DNA from: Candidatus Krumholzibacteriota bacterium
GTDB lineage: Bacteria > Krumholzibacteriota > Krumholzibacteriia > LZORAL124-64-63
Direction of reading: 5' to 3'
Length of the DNA stretch: 54,319 nucleotides
NCBI GenBank assembly: GCA_039714075.1
Contig: JBDLKA010000012.1
Location: 1-54,319, forward strand
Numbering within the stretch: position 1 is the stretch's first letter; each line of letters opens with the position of its first letter. Made by a program: the position numbers and the translations under genes. The notes under the pieces were generated by a model that searched no databases, was not told the DNA's origin, and was given only the letters and a program-made list of their open reading frames with translations. Of the stretch, positions 49,152-54,319 are shown piece after piece.

Positions 49152-51656
49152 CTATTTGATCAACGCCGCCTTCCTCGTCACCACCTTGGCGGTGGTCTCC
49201 AGACGGATCAGGTACACGCCCGTGGACAGGGGCCGATCGCGATCGTCCAGTCCGTCCCAGACGAAGTCATGGGGGCCGGCCCGCAGGTTCCCGGCGATCA
49301 AGGTGCGCACGCGTTTCCCGTCCAGGCCGTAGACCTCCAGCTTGACCGGGCCGGACTCGGCCAGGTCGAAGGACAACCGGGTCTCCGGATTGAAGGGGTT
49401 GGGGACCGGGTCGTGCAGGGCCGTGGCCACGGCGGGCACATCGGTCCGGGTCTGGGCCAGGTCGATCCAGGCGCCGCCGGTGTCGAGAGTCTGGGCCACG
49501 TAGGTCACGCTGCGCCCGGGGGCGTCCAGCCAGCCGGTGTCCTCCGCGACGTAGATCCCGTATCCGTCCGTGTGCCACGGAACGATCCACTCGTCCAGGC
49601 CGCTGCGGGCGACGAAGCGGAGTTCCGTCAACTCGCGCGACAAGCGGAGGGCCAGGCGGCAGACCGATCCCTGCCATTCCATGGTGAATGATGATACGAG
49701 GTTGGGGACCGTGGAGGAACACTCCGGTGCGAGCCGGTACAGGGTGCCGCCTTCTCCCGGATAACCCCAGACGCCGCCGTAGAGGGCGTACACGCTGGCG
49801 CCCATCACCGCGTGTCCCGCGAACAAATGGGTGTCGGCGTAGTGGCGGCCCAGCACCACCGCGCTGCCGTCCAGGCCGCAGGCGATGGCCACGGTGCCGG
49901 CGGTACCCGACGCCGCGTAGGCGATGTTGCCCTGCAGGTCCACGTCCTTCAGGTCCGGTTCCGCCACGAAATCGCCCATGATCGGCGCCGTAGGGTTGCG
50001 GACGTCGACCAGTTGGAAACCGTCGATCCCGATCAGCGCGAGCCAGCCGTCGGCCAGGGAACCATGTGTGAAATTTCCTGCCAGCGGCGTCGTGGTATGC
50101 ACGACGGGGGACAACGGGAATTGGGCGTCCATGGTAACCAGGGAGCCGTCGCAGACGACGGCGACCAGCGAACCCTCAGAGACCACGTCTCGTACCGACT
50201 GGCCTGCAAGGTGGGTGCCCGCGACGGCGGGCGCGGCCGGATCGGCCACGTCCCACACCGTCAGGCCGCTGCCGGTCTCGTACAGGGCGTTGGATCCCAC
50301 CGGTGTGGCGGAAGCAACGGGAATCGGACCAGCGAAAGGCACAGCGTCGCCGGTGGTCCAGTCGAAGATCCCCTCGCCGTACAAGAAATCCCCGACCACC
50401 GCAGTAATCAAGGATGTCCAGGGGCCACCCATGGAGCGCAGGTAAACGGGTGACAAGGGGTCGGAGCAGTCATAGGCCGCGATACGGAAGTCATCATATC
50501 CGCCGGGGCCGGGATAACCCATGTTGCTCATCCCGACGAACATGTGGTTGCCGCTGACCAGGGGGGCTGAGACGGTTTGGCCGCCGAGAGGGTGTTGCCC
50601 CAGCTCGGGCGTGACCGCAGGCCCGGACACGTCTAGCACCCTCAGGGAAGACAGGCCCACGAACACGCGCCCGCCGGCCAATTCCTGCGGTCCGTTCAGT
50701 GGTCCCAGGGCGGGATGCTGCGGGGTCAGCAGGGGATTGTTGGGATCGACCAGGTCGACCAGTTGGATCTTCGCGGACAGGCCGACGGCCGCCAGCGTGC
50801 CTTCCATGGCCAGTCCCGTCGCGGGTTCGTCGCTCACAACGACCTGGCCCAGCGGGGCCGGCGCCGCCGGGTCGGACACGTCCACAGCGAACAACCGGGC
50901 GTCTATGAAAAACTCGTACGTGCCGTCGGAGCCGATTTGGTGGACCAGCAGGTAGAGCAGATCGCCCTCCAATACGGCGCCGGCGGGCTTGGCGGCGTTC
51001 GGCAGGCCGAGGGTCGGCACGACGTGGCCACCGATCACCGGTGCTGAAGGATCGCTCAGGTCATAGCCCCGCAGCGAACCAAGGCTGCCGGAGGTGCGCA
51101 CCCAGCAGGCGTCGGGTCGGGCGACGAGTCGAGGCATCGAACCACCCAGACCCTGGGGGTGCGAACCGATCAGCACCGGGGCCGTGGGCACCGAGATGTC
51201 GTTCAGGGCCAGGCCCTGGTAGGAAAACGAGCACAGGAGGTCGCCGGCGAAGTCCGCGGCCTCGCAGGGGTCGGTCAGTGTGCCGGCAACGTACGGGGCG
51301 GCCGGATCGGCGGCCTCGATGATCTGGGCTCCGTAGAAGCCGAAGGCGGCGATCACGGTGGTTCCGGAAGCCGCCAGATCCCGGAGTTGGTCACCCGGCA
51401 ACGCCAGTTCGCCAAGCCACGAAGGCACCGCGCCGCTCAGGTCGGCGATCAGCAGGCGGTCGTCCGTGCCGACGTAGAGGCGGTCGCCGGAGCGGGCCAG
51501 GGCCCGCACCGTCCCGCCGGTTTCCAGGTCGGCCAGCGGCGTCGGCAGGTTGGACCAGTTGATGCAGTCGGAGGCCTGTGCCGTCGGCAAGCCCAAGGCG
51601 ACGATCAACATCAGGCAGGAGGGGATCAATTTGCGGAAGGAGTGCGAACGAAGCAT
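49152..51656 (-). CDS. Secreted LVIVD-repeat beta-propeller protein with C-terminal FlgD-Ig domain
   Basis: Repeated (L/V)x(V/I)DVSDPAAP motifs and a PNPFNPET...WDGLDD...STGVY...KAALIK tail. AAAGGA RBS before the ATG at 51656. Confidence 0.82.
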   Translation of the reverse strand: MLRSHSFRKLIPSCLMLIVALGLPTAQASDCINWSNLPTPLADLETGGTVRALARSGDRLYVGTDDRLLIADLSGAVPSWLGELALPGDQLRDLAASGTTVIAAFGFYGAQIIEAADPAAPYVAGTLTDPCEAADFAGDLLCSFSYQGLALNDISVPTAPVLIGSHPQGLGGSMPRLVARPDACWVRTSGSLGSLRGYDLSDPSAPVIGGHVVPTLGLPNAAKPAGAVLEGDLLYLLVHQIGSDGTYEFFIDARLFAVDVSDPAAPAPLGQVVVSDEPATGLAMEGTLAAVGLSAKIQLVDLVDPNNPLLTPQHPALGPLNGPQELAGGRVFVGLSSLRVLDVSGPAVTPELGQHPLGGQTVSAPLVSGNHMFVGMSNMGYPGPGGYDDFRIAAYDCSDPLSPVYLRSMGGPWTSLITAVVGDFLYGEGIFDWTTGDAVPFAGPIPVASATPVGSNALYETGSGLTVWDVADPAAPAVAGTHLAGQSVRDVVSEGSLVAVVCDGSLVTMDAQFPLSPVVHTTTPLAGNFTHGSLADGWLALIGIDGFQLVDVRNPTAPIMGDFVAEPDLKDVDLQGNIAYAASGTAGTVAIACGLDGSAVVLGRHYADTHLFAGHAVMGASVYALYGGVWGYPGEGGTLYRLAPECSSTVPNLVSSFTMEWQGSVCRLALRLSRELTELRFVARSGLDEWIVPWHTDGYGIYVAEDTGWLDAPGRSVTYVAQTLDTGGAWIDLAQTRTDVPAVATALHDPVPNPFNPETRLSFDLAESGPVKLEVYGLDGKRVRTLIAGNLRAGPHDFVWDGLDDRDRPLSTGVYLIRLETTAKVVTRKAALIK

Positions 51657-51796
51657 GAGGATGTCCTTTCCACTAGCTTTTCGGAAACGCATTCGAGCCC
51701 AAAGGCATGCCATCGGTGCGGGCGAAACTCCTTTGGCGGCACGAGATAGAATGTGCCGCGGCCAGGGGCACCAATCGGGCTCCTGATCAGATCAGG

Positions 51797-51825
51797 ATCG
51801 TATCATGTCGAAAATTCGTTGTCAA
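51797..51825 (-). promoter_or_regulatory. Sigma70 promoter (TTGACA-17-TACGAT, extended TG) for the LVIVD protein
   Basis: Minus strand reads ttgaca acgaattttcgacatga tacgat. Confidence 0.75.
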
Positions 51826-51970
51826 TATAGTGATAAACTGTGTCGAACAACGACTTGAGGGTAGCGCACTGGCTGCGGGCCCTGTGGGACAGTCCGACCG
51901 GATCGAACGGACCGGGCGGCTCGGATCTGTTCCTTTTCCTTTCTTTGATTCCGGCGAAACCCCTGCTTTT

Positions 51971-53362
51971 TCAGCCCTCCTGTCCGGAAGCCTCCCGCTG
52001 GAACAAAAACACGCTCTTGACCAGCTGCGGTTGCCCGTCGATTTCCAGCAGCGGATACGCCAGGAAGTTGATGGGCCCGGAAACGGGGCCGGGGTCGACG
52101 ACCAGGTCGCGTCCATGGCTGAACTCGAAGCGGTTGGCCGGGTGGTGGCCGAAGTAATACATGCTCAGCGCGCTGAACTTGTCGGCTTCGCTGATGTCGA
52201 CCGGCCACCACTTTCCTTCGGCATAGAATTCCGCCCAGCAATGGTAGCCGGCGGTTCCGCCGTCGTTCCGTTCGGAGGGAATCGAGGCGCCGATGGCGAA
52301 CCGCGCCGGGATGCCCACCGAACGCGCCAGTCCGATGAAATAGGCGTGATAGTCGGTGCAGTTGCCGTAGAGGGTGCTGCAGGCAAACACGGCGTCGCCC
52401 TGGCCCCAGCCCTCGCCGAACTTCTTGTACTGCATCTGTTCCATCACGTGATCGTACAGGGCCCGCGCCCGCATCAGGTCGCCCTGCCGGCCCTCGATCG
52501 CCTTTTCGGCGGCCGCCTGGATGGTGGCGTCCGACGGAACCATCCGCTCCGGCTGCAAGTGCTTCCTGGCCTCGTTCGGGTCACCTTCGTATGCGCTTTT
52601 CTCCCGCCGCTCGACGCCATAGACGATCTCGACGGACTTACCGCTGTCCTCGGGCGTCAATTCCAGGAAGAGCACCCGGTTTCCGTGGGCGCTGTCGGTG
52701 AGGGTTTCCTGGACACCCGGGACGCGCACGGATTTCACGGTCACGGTCTGGAAGTCGTCGGTTCCGGCCAGCGGAATCCAGCAGCGCGCGTCGCTTGTGA
52801 TTTCCGGCAGAGTGGCGGTGTAGCGGAACTCGAAGGTGTCCGTGCCTTCCAGCACGCCGAGCAACTCTTTCGAGGCCTCATCAACTTTCGCGCGCACCCA
52901 GTTGTCGTCCTCGTTCTGTTCCCAGAGGTAAAACGGCCTGCCATTGAGCTTGTGGACCGTCGTTTTCGTCACGGTCATCGCGCCGGGATCCCCTTCCAGA
53001 AAGAAGTCGATGTCGTAGAACTCGCCATCGGCGCTGGCCATGTCCACACAGGCGAAGTGGCTTTGCGGCCCCAGCGTGGCCAGGTACTCGATGTGGACAC
53101 GCACCAGGTTGAGCCGCAGTTCCCGGCCTTCGAAAACCACCGGGAAATACCCGTCGCCCTGGGCAACCTGCTCCGCGATGTGCTTCTCGATGCCGGCCTT
53201 GATGTCCCCGGTCACGATGGGAGAGTCACCGGCGGTGGCCGCTTCGCCCGCCTTGGTCTCGTCCTGCCCGGCGAACGCGGGCGGGGCCGAGATCAGGCAA
53301 AGTGAGACAATGGCCGCCGTGGCCGCCGGGAGCGCGCCGATACGGGAAAGGGGGTGTCGCAT
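51971..53362 (-). CDS. Secreted transglutaminase-like protein with an unassigned N-terminal domain
   Basis: GGAGG RBS, signal peptide, and triad motifs GNCTDYH, GYHCWAEFY and WWPVD. Confidence 0.85.
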   Translation of the reverse strand: MRHPLSRIGALPAATAAIVSLCLISAPPAFAGQDETKAGEAATAGDSPIVTGDIKAGIEKHIAEQVAQGDGYFPVVFEGRELRLNLVRVHIEYLATLGPQSHFACVDMASADGEFYDIDFFLEGDPGAMTVTKTTVHKLNGRPFYLWEQNEDDNWVRAKVDEASKELLGVLEGTDTFEFRYTATLPEITSDARCWIPLAGTDDFQTVTVKSVRVPGVQETLTDSAHGNRVLFLELTPEDSGKSVEIVYGVERREKSAYEGDPNEARKHLQPERMVPSDATIQAAAEKAIEGRQGDLMRARALYDHVMEQMQYKKFGEGWGQGDAVFACSTLYGNCTDYHAYFIGLARSVGIPARFAIGASIPSERNDGGTAGYHCWAEFYAEGKWWPVDISEADKFSALSMYYFGHHPANRFEFSHGRDLVVDPGPVSGPINFLAYPLLEIDGQPQLVKSVFLFQREASGQEG

Positions 53363-53735
53363 GTCCAGGTCCTCCAAAAGGAATTTCGGTCAATCGATGA
53401 TGCAAGGTGGCAACCCTGGGGCTGCCGCTCCGGGTAACGGCCCGTGGGCCACAGCGTGCTCTCAATGAATCGATGGCGAATTTGCGGCCGGTTATCTGAA
53501 AACGCACAGGTTCTCCGCCTCGGACCCTAACGATAGTATTGTCCGGAAAAACCGCCAGAGTCCCCTGACCTTCCTCCATTTACAGGGCCCCCCGGGGGAG
53601 CTTTTTGCAGCCACAGGCTCGAAAAAATCAATCAAGACAAATTTTGTGTCGGTTTCAGGTTCGTTATGTCGCGTCTCCTGTTGAGTCCCGGTTTTTCCAA
53701 CTGGTCTTTTTGAACACTGAATAAGGAGGTGTCCC

Positions 53736-54319
53736 TTGTTTTCCAATCGTGTTAAGCGGTTCCAACGCTTTCTGATCCCCCTGGGTTTCCTTGTTGTCTT
53801 CATGGGTGCCGCTCCGGTTGCGGAGATTCGCCTCGAACGCAAGGTCGTCGGTCCCGGCGGGGTAGAGACCGAGGACATCGGCGTGCGTCTGAGCCCTGAA
53901 AAGCTCGAGTTCTACAAATGGTTGAATCTGGGTGAGCCCGGTGCTTTAGTGGTTAATGCCGGGATCTACTCCACCGGAGGCCAGTGGGAGCTCGATGGGA
54001 TCCATGGGACCGCCGGTGGCTTCGACATCGGGGGAACCCTTTCGGCGCAAGCAGCAACCATCAGCGGTAACCTGACCCTGAGCGGCCACCTTCAACCCTC
54101 CACAACCTCCCTGTGGAATCTCGGCAGCAGCAGCAAGCGATGGGTCACCGTCTACGCCATGGCCGTCGACACCCCTTCGGACCGCCGTCTCAAGAGGGAC
54201 ATCGAGGATCTCGACTACGGCCTGGAGGAACTCATGAAGATGAGGCCGGTCAGCTATCAGTGGAAGGAGCATCCGGAAAAAGGGAGGCAGTTGGGCCTGA
54301 TAGCGCAGGATCTGCAGCA
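53736..54319 (+). CDS. Protein with a peptidase S74 intramolecular chaperone (tail-fiber-type) domain, 3' end outside the window
   Basis: Hand translation from TTG at 53736 after AAGGAGG: MFSNRVKRFQRFLIPLGFLVVFMGAAP...WNLGSSSKRWVTVYA...PSDRRLKRDIEDLDYGL..LMKMRPVSYQWK...GLIAQDLQ. Confidence 0.85.
   Translation, partial: MFSNRVKRFQRFLIPLGFLVVFMGAAPVAEIRLERKVVGPGGVETEDIGVRLSPEKLEFYKWLNLGEPGALVVNAGIYSTGGQWELDGIHGTAGGFDIGGTLSAQAATISGNLTLSGHLQPSTTSLWNLGSSSKRWVTVYAMAVDTPSDRRLKRDIEDLDYGLEELMKMRPVSYQWKEHPEKGRQLGLIAQDLQ

Noticed and set aside
4102..53305. Long opposite-strand ORFs (e.g. 4102..5877, 21731..23773, 30400..32205, 35340..37001, 38564..40828, 41419..43203, 51707..53305)
   Set aside because: Antisense shadows of well-supported genes, expected in high-GC DNA. 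They have no recognisable motifs.
53736..54319. Prophage call from the tail-fiber chaperone domain
   Set aside because: No other phage gene, integrase or att site is visible, and S74 domains also occur in cellular proteins.

Overview
A GC-rich, densely coding chromosomal segment from a diderm bacterium. The mix of FlgD-Ig C-terminal domains and '(W/F)GxxKxL(Y/F)R' tails suggests an FCB-adjacent candidate lineage such as Krumholzibacteriota or Latescibacterota; this is inference, not a database result. Housekeeping content: a GH13 enzyme, an AtuA-family protein, lemA, a phosphohexomutase, a PPDK/PEPS regulatory protein, a Bacillus-type fadN-fadA-fadE operon with divergent FadR-like TetR and visible operators, heterodimeric methylmalonyl-CoA mutase with a displaced meaB, an S9 peptidase, a TolC-MFP-RND pump and cysS. 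Many secreted proteins are interspersed. Best leads: (1) two classes of C-terminal tail on secreted proteins, four FlgD-Ig domains and three short (W/F)GxxKxL(Y/F)R tails, which look like sorting signals; (2) a three-gene envelope thiol operon containing a TlpA/DUF6029-like beta-barrel fusion; (3) a 61-bp inverted repeat with only transition mismatches that overlaps the 3' ends of two convergent genes; (4) a CxxC-x13-CxxC insertion in CysRS; (5) a shared CTGATC-N-GATCAG palindrome at two promoters of secreted proteins. I saw no CRISPR array, tRNA, rRNA, transposase or integrase. Two genes cut by the window edges are missing from the ORF track and were translated by hand.
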